Assembly (NCBI RefSeq): GCF_042231735.1
Contig: NZ_CP102577.1
Location: 2,847,281-2,911,280, forward strand
Length of the DNA: 64,000 bases
Source: Corallococcus exercitus
Lineage (GTDB): Bacteria; Myxococcota; Myxococcia; Myxococcales; Myxococcaceae
Direction of reading: 5' to 3'
How positions within the stretch are numbered: position 1 is the stretch's first letter; every line of letters begins with the position of its first letter. Shown here piece by piece: positions 56,715 through 64,000 of the stretch. The notes beneath the pieces were generated by a model. The model was given only the letters and a program-made list of their open reading frames with translations, made no database searches and was not told where the DNA came from. Position numbers and translations under genes: made by a program.

Positions 56715-59381
56715 TCACTTCAGCGGGCGGCGCGCGCTGGGCACCTCGTGGGCCAGCGTGCGCACCGCCAGCGCCTCGCCGTCCTCGGGGTGGCGGCGCA
56801 GGTCGCAGTCCCCCGACAGCAGCGTGAGGTTGGGGTTGTAGTAGGGGTCGCCCTTGAGCAGCCACGGCCGGTACGACGTGAAGGAGCGCCAGTAGTCCGG
56901 CTCCGGGATGGCGTCCGTGCGGCGGCTGGCGGACTCGTGGTGCACCACGCGCGCGAAGGGCGTGCACACCACGCGCAGCCCCCGGGCGTGCAGCCGCAGG
57001 CCCAGGTCCACGTCGCTGCCGCACAGGAGGAAGCGCTCGTCGAAGCCGCCCAGCGCGTCGAAGAGGGGCCGGCGGATCATCACGCACGCGCTGGTGACGG
57101 ACAGCCAGTTGCGCACCCACTCCGTGTGGCCGAAGGGCGTGAGGATGGGCCCGTCCGGCAGGCGCCAGAAGGGGTGGCCCGCCATGCCCGTCATGCCCAC
57201 GACGATGCCCGCGTGCTGCACGGTGCCCTCGGGGAAGAGGAGCTTCGCGCCCACCGCGCCCACCTCCGGGCGCTGCGCCTGGGACACCAGCTCCGTGAGC
57301 CAGCCGGGGTCCACCACTTCCATGTCGTTGTTGAGGAACAGCAGCAGCTCGCCCGTGGCCTGCCCCGCCGCCCAGTTGTTGATGGCCGGGTAGTTGAAGG
57401 GGAAGTCCCAGGTGCGCTTCACCACGCGCGGGTCGTTCAGCGTGTCCAGGAGCGCGAAGGTCTCCGGGCGGACGCTGTTGTTGGACACGAGCACCAGCTC
57501 GAAGTGCGGGTACGTCGTGCGCTCCAGCAGGGTGTCCGTGAGCGTCTTCAGCAGGTCCGGCCGGTCCTTGAACGGGACGATGATGGACACCTTCGGCGTG
57601 CCCCGGACGGCGTAGCGCACGCGGTAGCGGCCCGGCCCTGGCACCGTCACCTCGGCGTCCTCGCCCCGGCGCGCCAGGTGCTCCGCGAGCGCGCGGCGGC
57701 CCTCCTGGGACACCTGCCCCACGGCGCCCAGGCGCCGGTGGTAGAGCAGGTGCGGCACGTGGCCGATGCGCTCCGACGCCTCGCTGAGGCGCAGGAAGAG
57801 GTCGTACTCCTCGGCGCCCGGGAAGCCCTCGCGGAAGCCGCCCACGGACTCCACCAGCGCGCGCCGCGCCATCACGCCCCGGCCCAGGTAGTCCACCGAG
57901 CGCAGCAGGTCCGGGGACCAGTCCGGCTTGAAGAAGGGGGCGGTGCGGCGCCCCCGCGTGTCCAGCCGGTCCTCGTCGCCGTAGACGACGTCCAGGCCCG
58001 GGTTCGCGCCCAGGGCCAGCGCCACCTCTGCCAGGGCATGGGGCGCGAGCGTGTCCTCCGCGCCCAGCACGCCCACGAAGTCACCGCTGGCGGCCTGCAG
58101 GCCCACGCGCAGCGCGCGGGCGAAGTCGGTGGGCCCGGAGAGCGTCACCCGGCGGATGCGCGGCTGGCGGCGCGACGGGCCCCAGGGCTCCGGCAGCGCG
58201 GGCCCGTCCTCCGGCCCCACGAGCACCAGCTCCCACTCCGGGTACACCTGGGCCTCCACCGACGCGAGGCACTCGCGCAGGTGCGCGGGACAGGCCCCCG
58301 CGGTGGCGACGAGGAGGGACAGCCGGGGACGGCGCGGCAGCCGGGCCATGGCCTCGCGGGCGGCCTGGATGTCCCCGGACTCGCGCAGCGTGCACCAGTG
58401 GTGGAAGTCCTCCAGCGCGGGCACGGGCGGAGGCGGCGTGCGCACGCCGAGGATGGCGGCCAGCGCCACCACCGCCTCGCCGTTGAAGCGGGACTGCCGG
58501 CGCAGCACCTCGGTCCACAGCGGCGCGGAGGCCCGGACGCCCCGGGGCAGCCCCGGCCGCGCCAGCGGAGACGCCAGCGCCACGAGCCGCGCCACCCGGT
58601 GCGTGGCCCCCAGCGGATCCAGCGTGCCGGCACCCGGAGCGGCGGCGACGGACAGCAGGGTCTCCCGCATCTGCGCGTTCCACTCCGCCTGGCGCTCGAG
58701 CAGCGGCTCCAGCACGGGCCCCAGCGCCCGGCGCCATGCGCGCCACGCCAGCTTCCAGGCCAGGTCCACGGGAGCGAAGCCGCGCGGCTCGCGCCGCTCA
58801 CGCGGTCCACCCACGGCCCCGACGTCCACGAAGTTCAGCGTGCCATGCGGCGCAGGGGCCGCGGCCGCCGAAGTGCCCGCACCGGAGCCTCGCGCCCCAT
58901 GCGGCTCGCGGACGGCCCCCGCTGAAGCGCCCTGCCCGGGCCCCACCGCGTCGAGCTGCTCGCGGACCCAGTCCGTCAGGTCCTCGCGTGAGCCCTGGTC
59001 GCGCCGGGCCTCCAGCCGCTCCAGCACGCGCAGCACGCGCTGGTTGAAGGCGGCCTGGGGCTTGAGCAGCTCAACGTGGAGAGGGCGCAGGCCCATCACG
59101 AAGGCGCGCTTGGCGGCCGTCACCCACTGCCCTCCCGACGCGCGGTGCGACGGCGGCACGGAGAAGTCGAACGGGACGGCGAGCCTCGCAGCGGCGAGCA
59201 GCGGCGACAGGGGCGTGTTGGCGGGAGGCACCAACCGGCGCAGGCGCTCCGTCAGCGCCGCGAGCTCCCGGGCGTTGGCCGCGGAGGGCTCCGCGCGCAG
59301 GGCGGCGATGCGCTCGGCGAGCTCTCCGGCGGACGTCGCGGCCTGCCCCCCCTCGGGCATGGTGTGGAACAAGGTGCTCAC
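56715..59381 (-). CDS. Two-domain family-2 glycosyltransferase (tandem GT-A domains), in the WbgA / rhamnosyltransferase style
   Basis: GT2 domain 1 is PRLSLLVATAGACPAHLRECLASVEAQVYPEWELVLVGPEDGP...DFVGVLGAEDTLAPHAL. GT2 domain 2 is KVSIIVPFKDRPDLLKTLTDTLLERTTYPHFELVLVSNNS...ELLLFLNNDMEVVDPGWLTEL. 888 aa. Confidence 0.75.
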   Translation of the reverse strand: MSTLFHTMPEGGQAATSAGELAERIAALRAEPSAANARELAALTERLRRLVPPANTPLSPLLAAARLAVPFDFSVPPSHRASGGQWVTAAKRAFVMGLRPLHVELLKPQAAFNQRVLRVLERLEARRDQGSREDLTDWVREQLDAVGPGQGASAGAVREPHGARGSGAGTSAAAAPAPHGTLNFVDVGAVGGPRERREPRGFAPVDLAWKLAWRAWRRALGPVLEPLLERQAEWNAQMRETLLSVAAAPGAGTLDPLGATHRVARLVALASPLARPGLPRGVRASAPLWTEVLRRQSRFNGEAVVALAAILGVRTPPPPVPALEDFHHWCTLRESGDIQAAREAMARLPRRPRLSLLVATAGACPAHLRECLASVEAQVYPEWELVLVGPEDGPALPEPWGPSRRQPRIRRVTLSGPTDFARALRVGLQAASGDFVGVLGAEDTLAPHALAEVALALGANPGLDVVYGDEDRLDTRGRRTAPFFKPDWSPDLLRSVDYLGRGVMARRALVESVGGFREGFPGAEEYDLFLRLSEASERIGHVPHLLYHRRLGAVGQVSQEGRRALAEHLARRGEDAEVTVPGPGRYRVRYAVRGTPKVSIIVPFKDRPDLLKTLTDTLLERTTYPHFELVLVSNNSVRPETFALLDTLNDPRVVKRTWDFPFNYPAINNWAAGQATGELLLFLNNDMEVVDPGWLTELVSQAQRPEVGAVGAKLLFPEGTVQHAGIVVGMTGMAGHPFWRLPDGPILTPFGHTEWVRNWLSVTSACVMIRRPLFDALGGFDERFLLCGSDVDLGLRLHARGLRVVCTPFARVVHHESASRRTDAIPEPDYWRSFTSYRPWLLKGDPYYNPNLTLLSGDCDLRRHPEDGEALAVRTLAHEVPSARRPLK

Positions 59382-59444
59382 TTCCCAGGCGCCTCCCCTT
59401 CTTCAAGGCCCCGGGCCGCGGCGTGCGGGAGGCCTCCCTCCCCC

Positions 59445-60791
59445 TCAGGAGGCCGCGGCATGCTTGGACACGGAGACCGCCTGGACGGGAGCGGCCGGAG
59501 CCTCCTCCACCACCCAGGAATGCTCCGGCCGGAAGACACCCCGGTCGTCGTGCTCCGTGGACACGGAGAAGGTGCAGCGGGCTTCCCGGCCCGGCTCCGG
59601 ATTCGCGTTGTTGCCCGTCTTCAGCTCCACGCTCAGCACGTAGGAGCCGCCCAGGAGTCCCAGCCGGGGCAGCACGAAGCGCAGCCGTCCCTGCGGCGGC
59701 AGCGGCGCCGGCAGCGCCACCCGGTCCGTCCGGGTGCTCGTCACGTACAGCACCGCCCCGTCCGCGGTGGACAGCGTGAGGACGAACTCCACGTCCTCCA
59801 CCGACTCGCGCGCCACGTAGTCGATGCAGGCCTCCGCCCGCGTCTCCGTGGTGACGAGCCCCAGCTCCTCACCGCGCGGCCCGCTCAGCCACACCCGCGA
59901 GACAGCGACCGGCGGCGACGCCGGCGGCTCGTCCCGCACCACCGGGCCCTCCGACAGCGACGGCAGCGCCCCGCCCCCTTCGGTCAGGGCCGGCGGGGTG
60001 AACACGGTGGAGCGCGCCTCCGCGAGCGACACCGCCTGCCGGTACTCGGCGGCGATCTCTGCCGGAGTGCCCACGCGGCGGATCCGCCCGCCGTCCAGCC
60101 ACGCCGCCTGGTCACACCAGCGCTCCACGGTGGACATGTCGTGCGTGACGAGGACGATGGTCTTCCCCAGCCGCTTGAACTCCGTCATCTTCGCGAGGCT
60201 CTTCTTGCTGAAGTGCTCGTCGCCGACGGCCAGAATCTCATCGATGATGAGGATGTCCGGGTCCACGTGCGTGGCCACGGAGAACGCCAGGCGCATGTAC
60301 ATGCCGCTGGAGTACGTGCGCACCGGCTCGTCGATGAACTCCCCCAGCTCGCTGAACGCGATGATGTCTTCCATCTTCGCGCGCACCTCGGCCCGGGACA
60401 TGCCGAGGATGATGCCGTTGATGAGGATGTTCTCCCGGCCGGAGAAGTCAGGGTGGAAGCCCGCGCCCAGGTCCAGCAGCGCGGAGATGCGGCCGTTCAC
60501 CTGGATGCTGCCGGAGGTGGGCGAGTAGATGCCGGTGATGAGCTTGAGCAGCGTGCTCTTGCCGGAGCCGTTGCGCCCCAGGATGGCCACCGTCTGGCCC
60601 TTGGGGATGCGCAGGTTCACGCCGCGCAGGGACTCAATGAAGCGCCCCCCGGCGGGCACGTTGCGCTGTCCGCGAAGCCAGCGCACGAGCTCCGACTTGA
60701 ACGTGGTGTATTCCCCCCGGATGGTCTTCTTCCGGAAGTTCTTCACCACGTCCTGGATGACGATGGCGTCCTCGGTCGGTGACTGGGCCAT
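59445..60791 (-). CDS. wzt: Polysaccharide/O-antigen ABC exporter ATP-binding protein (Wzt-type) with a C-terminal carbohydrate-binding extension
   Basis: Walker A GRNGSGKSTLLK, signature YSSGMYMRLAF, Walker B ILIIDEILAVGDEHF, and a C-terminal beta-rich domain of about 190 aa (Wzt-C-like). Confidence 0.85.
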   Translation of the reverse strand: MAQSPTEDAIVIQDVVKNFRKKTIRGEYTTFKSELVRWLRGQRNVPAGGRFIESLRGVNLRIPKGQTVAILGRNGSGKSTLLKLITGIYSPTSGSIQVNGRISALLDLGAGFHPDFSGRENILINGIILGMSRAEVRAKMEDIIAFSELGEFIDEPVRTYSSGMYMRLAFSVATHVDPDILIIDEILAVGDEHFSKKSLAKMTEFKRLGKTIVLVTHDMSTVERWCDQAAWLDGGRIRRVGTPAEIAAEYRQAVSLAEARSTVFTPPALTEGGGALPSLSEGPVVRDEPPASPPVAVSRVWLSGPRGEELGLVTTETRAEACIDYVARESVEDVEFVLTLSTADGAVLYVTSTRTDRVALPAPLPPQGRLRFVLPRLGLLGGSYVLSVELKTGNNANPEPGREARCTFSVSTEHDDRGVFRPEHSWVVEEAPAAPVQAVSVSKHAAAS

Positions 60792-61592
60792 CTAGATGGA
60801 CTCCGCGAACTCCTCGCGGCGGCTCTCGAAGATCTGCGTGGCACCCCACAGCAGCACGATGGAGACGCCCAGGAGCGACACGAGCGGCACCGCATCCGGC
60901 AGCCGGTGCTCGTAGAAGATGGCCTGGTACGAGGTGATGAGGATGGACATCGGATTGAGCACCTGCAGCACGCGCCGGTACTCCTCCGGGATGGTGGACA
61001 GCTTGTAGAGCACCGGCGTCATGAAGAACCACAGCGTCATCAGGTTCATCACGATGTGCTGCAGGTCCCGGAACGTCACGTTGAAGGCGCTGACCGCGTA
61101 CACCACCGCGAAGGTGAAGCACATCTGGATCAGCACCACGACGGGGAACAGCACCACGTGCCAGGACGGCACCACGCCGAAGATGAGCCCCAGCACCACC
61201 ATCAGGGGCAGCGAGAAGATGAAGTTGCAGAAGTTGGTGGCCACCACCGTCGCCGGCAGCACCTGGGCCGGGAAGCGCACCTTGGTCATCAGGTCGCGCC
61301 GGTCGCTGATGGCGCTGGCCCCCGCGGACACCGACGTGGAGAACCAGATCCACGGCAAGAGGCCCACGAACATGAAGTAGGCGTAGTGCGGAATCTGGTT
61401 CTTCATGAACACGCCGAACAAGAGCGCGTACACCAGCATGTGCAGGGTGGGGTTCAGGAACGTCCAGAAGAAGCCCAGCACCGAGCCGCGATAGCGCGCC
61501 TTCAGCTCGCGCTGCACCAGGCTGAGGAGGAGCCCCCGGTACGAATAGAGTTCCCGGAAGTTGCGAATCATGCGCCGGTATCCATACCGCAA
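60792..61592 (-). CDS. wzm: ABC-2 type polysaccharide exporter permease (Wzm-type)
   Basis: Six TM helices. The family N-terminus is ELYSYRGLLLSLVQRELKARYRGSVLGFFWTFLNPTLHMLVYALLFG. It is adjacent to wzt, with its start codon directly adjacent to the wzt stop. Confidence 0.8.
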   Translation of the reverse strand: MRYGYRRMIRNFRELYSYRGLLLSLVQRELKARYRGSVLGFFWTFLNPTLHMLVYALLFGVFMKNQIPHYAYFMFVGLLPWIWFSTSVSAGASAISDRRDLMTKVRFPAQVLPATVVATNFCNFIFSLPLMVVLGLIFGVVPSWHVVLFPVVVLIQMCFTFAVVYAVSAFNVTFRDLQHIVMNLMTLWFFMTPVLYKLSTIPEEYRRVLQVLNPMSILITSYQAIFYEHRLPDAVPLVSLLGVSIVLLWGATQIFESRREEFAESI

Positions 61593-61669
61593 AGGGTCCG
61601 CCGGTGGCGAACGCCCTGGAACAGCGGACCGCCGGCCCCTCGCGCGCCCGCCTGCCGTGATGCCGCACG

Positions 61670-61708
61670 GAGAGAAAGAAAAAGGCCCCCTGGTTTCCCA
61701 GGGGGCCT
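61670..61708 (-). terminator. Intrinsic terminator downstream of the tandem tRNA-Gly genes (minus strand)
   Basis: Read on the minus strand: GGCCCCCTGG gaaa CCAGGGGGCC followed by TTTTTCTTTCTC. Confidence 0.5.
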
Positions 61709-61713
61709 TCGAT

Positions 61714-61788
61714 TGGAGCGGGAAAAGGGATTTGAACCCTCGACCCTCGCCTTGGCAAGGCGATGCTCTACCGCTGAGCTATTCCCGC
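61714..61788 (-). tRNA. tRNA-Gly (anticodon GCC), CCA encoded
   Basis: Reverse complement is GCGGGAATAGCTCAGCGGTAGAGCATCGCCTTGCCAAGGCGAGGGTCGAGGGTTCAAATCCCTTTTCCCGCTCCA. The cloverleaf is folded by eye, with anticodon loop TTGCCAA. Confidence 0.9.
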
Positions 61789-61826
61789 ATCTGGTGCCGC
61801 TGAACGACCGTACCGCTGACTGCTTT

Positions 61827-61901
61827 TGGAGCGGGAAAAGGGATTTGAACCCTCGACCCTCGCCTTGGCAAGGCGATGCTCTACCGCTGAGCTATTCCCG
61901 C
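61827..61901 (-). tRNA. tRNA-Gly (anticodon GCC), identical second copy, CCA encoded
   Basis: 75 nt identical to the copy at 61714-61788, separated by a 38-bp spacer. Confidence 0.9.
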
Positions 61902-61982
61902 ATCTCGGTGCCGCGTGCTGCCTACCGCCCGGTCAGTGCCGCCCCGGAAGTGGGGCGGATATACAGAGGCCTCCCGGGCACG

Positions 61983-62672
61983 TCAAACACTTTTCGCGTC
62001 CGGATCCGGGCCTCCCCGGCGGGCGAGCATCCCGAGGAACGCACGGAAGTAGACGACGGCGCTCCACACGGAGAACGCACCCGACAGGTACACGAGCACC
62101 TTGCCCACCTGGTTGTAGTCCACGGGGACGGTGCGGAAGCCCAGGTCCAGCGGGTGCACGTAGTGGACGCACAGGGAGATGATCCCCACCAGCTGGAGGG
62201 ACGTCTTCCACTTCCCCTCCTGCCCCGCGGCGATGACCATGCCCTCGCTGGCGGCGATGGTGCGCAGGCCGCTGACGATGAACTCGCGGGCCAGCAGCAC
62301 GATGACGACCCACGCGGCGATGCGGCCCAGGCGGACCATCATCACCAGGGCGGCCATGGCGATGAGCTTGTCCGCCAGCGGATCCATGAACTTGCCCACC
62401 ACGGTGATGAGGTTCCAGCGCCGGGCCAGGTAGCCGTCGACCACGTCCGTGATGGCGGCCACCGCGAACACCAGGCCGGCCAGGAGCGAGTGCAGGGGGT
62501 CCGCGTCGTAGGTGAGCCAGACGAACAGGGGGATGATGAGGATGCGCCCCAGCGTGAGCATGTTGGGCAGGTTCCAGAACTCCTGCACCAGGATGCTGGG
62601 ACGACGGGACGCGCGGCGGCGGGCCCGCTCCTCGCGCTTGCGCTGCTTCCTGAGGGCTCGCTCGGTGGCCAT
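61983..62672 (-). CDS. pgsA: CDP-diacylglycerol--glycerol-3-phosphate 3-phosphatidyltransferase (CDP-alcohol phosphatidyltransferase family)
   Basis: CDP-OH P-transferase motif DVVDGYLARRWNLITVVGKFMDPLADKL (D-G-x2-A-R-x8-G-x3-D-x3-D). Multiple TM helices and a basic N-terminus. Confidence 0.85.
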   Translation of the reverse strand: MATERALRKQRKREERARRRASRRPSILVQEFWNLPNMLTLGRILIIPLFVWLTYDADPLHSLLAGLVFAVAAITDVVDGYLARRWNLITVVGKFMDPLADKLIAMAALVMMVRLGRIAAWVVIVLLAREFIVSGLRTIAASEGMVIAAGQEGKWKTSLQLVGIISLCVHYVHPLDLGFRTVPVDYNQVGKVLVYLSGAFSVWSAVVYFRAFLGMLARRGGPDPDAKSV

Positions 62673-62683
62673 GGGCGCGCGTT

Positions 62684-64000
62684 CTACCGGACCCCGAGTG
62701 CGATGAGGGCAAATCCTTCACCGCCCAGCTCCACCGCCCCCCGCAGTGTCTCCCCGCCAGCGGACGCCACCAGGGGCACCACGCGGGGGGTGAGGTTGCC
62801 CACCCAGCCCACCAGGTGCGTGAGGGGCACCGTCACCGGCTGGTCCATGGCCACCGGCACCGAGCGCAGCGGGCCCGACAGGCTGAGCAGCACCCGCCCC
62901 TGCCCGCGCAGGTGCACGAGGTCCAGGTCCTGGGCCAGCTCCGACGGCACGCGGCCGTTCTCGAAGACGACGGGCTCCTCGAAGGCGAAGACGCACGCGT
63001 CACGCAGGTAGACGGACTCGTCATCCAGCACCACCGGCACCAGCTGCTGTCCGGCAGAGGGCTCCAGGTGCAGCGTCCCCTGCCCCCGGGCGCGCACCAT
63101 GGCCTGGTCGCCCTCGCCAAAGGGCTTGTCCGTGGCCCGGCCCCGGAAGCGCTTCATCTCCGGCTGGAAGGTGACCTGTCCGCGCACGGCGACCAGCCCC
63201 TCCAGCCGGGTGAGCAGCTCGCCGTTCACCGTCAGCGTCACGCCCGCCGGGCCCTGGGTGAAGGGCTGTCCCGGCGTCGCGCCCGGCAGGGCCACCGTGG
63301 GCACCCACTCGGTGAGCACGGGCGGGCTCACGCCGGAGGCAGTGGCGGGCACGGAAGCCGGCTCGGCGGGCCGGGGCGTGGGAGCCGGCTCGCTCTTCGC
63401 CAGCGCGTCGAAGGTCTCCGCGAAGGCGGCGCCGGGCTCCGACTCCAGGTCGGACGCGAGGACGGGCGGCTCCTCGGAGACCTCGATCTCCTCCGACACC
63501 GGCGTGGGGGGCAGCTCGTCGGCGACCTCGACGTCGGCGCCGGAGGTGTCCGCGTCCGTGGTGGCGGCCAGCTCCGCGTCGTCTCCGTAGGTGCTCTCGC
63601 CGGCGGCGAGGCTCGGGTCCTCGTCCTCCTGGACGCGCCTGGCGAAGGCGTGCGCGTCCGTGGGGGCGGGCGGGCCCTCGTCCTCGGCGAAGCGCAGGTC
63701 GTCGTCCGGAGGCTTCGAAGGAGCCTGGGGCGGCGGCGCGGCGGCGCGCGGGCTCCGGGGCGCTTCATCCAGGCCGAACTGGGCGCCCCAGTCGCTCTCA
63801 CCGGACGAAGGCGGGGGCGCGGCGCTCCCCTCCTCCTCGCGCGGACGGGCCGGCGCGGGGGCGGCGGGCGGACGGCTGTAGCCCTCCCCGGCGATGGCGC
63901 GCGACATCTTCTCCGCCATGGCGTCGCTGCCGGACAGGAGGAAGTGCTCGCGCGCGCGGCCGTACTCGCCCATCTGGGCGAAGGTCAGGCCCAGGTAGTT
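62684..64000 (-). CDS. AIM24-family (DUF124) protein with an acidic Pro-rich linker and a probable upstream TPR region; the N-terminus lies beyond the window edge
   Basis: The C-terminal roughly 230 aa (TLTVNGELLTRLEGLVAVRGQVTFQPEMK...VLLSLSGPLRSVPVAMDQPVTVPLTHLVGWVGNLTPRVV...GEGFALIALG) resemble the AIM24/TIGR00266 beta-helix. The frame stays open to base 64000, reading ...NYLGLTFAQMGEYGRAREHF (TPR-like). Confidence 0.6.
   Translation of the reverse strand, partial: NYLGLTFAQMGEYGRAREHFLLSGSDAMAEKMSRAIAGEGYSRPPAAPAPARPREEEGSAAPPPSSGESDWGAQFGLDEAPRSPRAAAPPPQAPSKPPDDDLRFAEDEGPPAPTDAHAFARRVQEDEDPSLAAGESTYGDDAELAATTDADTSGADVEVADELPPTPVSEEIEVSEEPPVLASDLESEPGAAFAETFDALAKSEPAPTPRPAEPASVPATASGVSPPVLTEWVPTVALPGATPGQPFTQGPAGVTLTVNGELLTRLEGLVAVRGQVTFQPEMKRFRGRATDKPFGEGDQAMVRARGQGTLHLEPSAGQQLVPVVLDDESVYLRDACVFAFEEPVVFENGRVPSELAQDLDLVHLRGQGRVLLSLSGPLRSVPVAMDQPVTVPLTHLVGWVGNLTPRVVPLVASAGGETLRGAVELGGEGFALIALGVR

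Overview
High-GC (about 70% by eye) myxobacterial chromosomal segment. The C-terminal MYXO-CTERM sorting tag, many lipoproteins and eukaryotic-like Ser/Thr kinases point to Myxococcaceae. It is densely coded on both strands with mostly housekeeping or envelope genes. Recognisable genes, in order: a 5'-partial M6 (InhA-like) metalloprotease, a PAS/GAF sensor histidine kinase, mltG, map, a Ski2-like DEAD/DEAH helicase, a tandem-duplicated pair of DUF4142 lipoprotein genes, an active Pkn-type Ser/Thr kinase, a Pat-like acyl-CoA synthetase/GNAT protein acetyltransferase, a divergent NmrA/LysR pair, an MnmC-like methyltransferase, a giant Kelch/HYR surface protein with MYXO-CTERM, an OmpA protein with thrombospondin type-3 repeats, a HAD hydrolase, a sugar O-acetyltransferase, a Cho-like UvrC homolog, tgt, an ABC-F ATPase, a degenerate Ser/Thr pseudokinase, a beta-lactamase-fold serine hydrolase and a YihY membrane protein. 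An ABC-transporter-dependent rhamnose polysaccharide (O-antigen-like) locus follows: rmlB-rmlD-rmlA-rmlC, several glycosyltransferases, wzt and wzm. The window ends with two tandem tRNA-Gly(GCC) genes, pgsA and a partial TPR/AIM24 protein. Two compositionally deviant accessory islets stand out. The main candidate novelty is a roughly 50-58% GC two-gene module (36.4-38.9 kb) between the conserved ABC-F gene and host genes. It encodes a membrane-anchored coiled-coil DUF4041 protein with a C-terminal T5orf172/GIY-YIG-like domain, followed by a DUF3800 protein. This is a candidate uncharacterised anti-phage / abortive-infection module. The second islet (22.5-24.2 kb) is lower in GC and holds two overlapping genes: a secreted protein with a PD-(D/E)xK-like motif and a downstream partner, a possible toxin/immunity-like pair. 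Many long ORFs in the six-frame track are antisense artefacts of high GC and were discarded.
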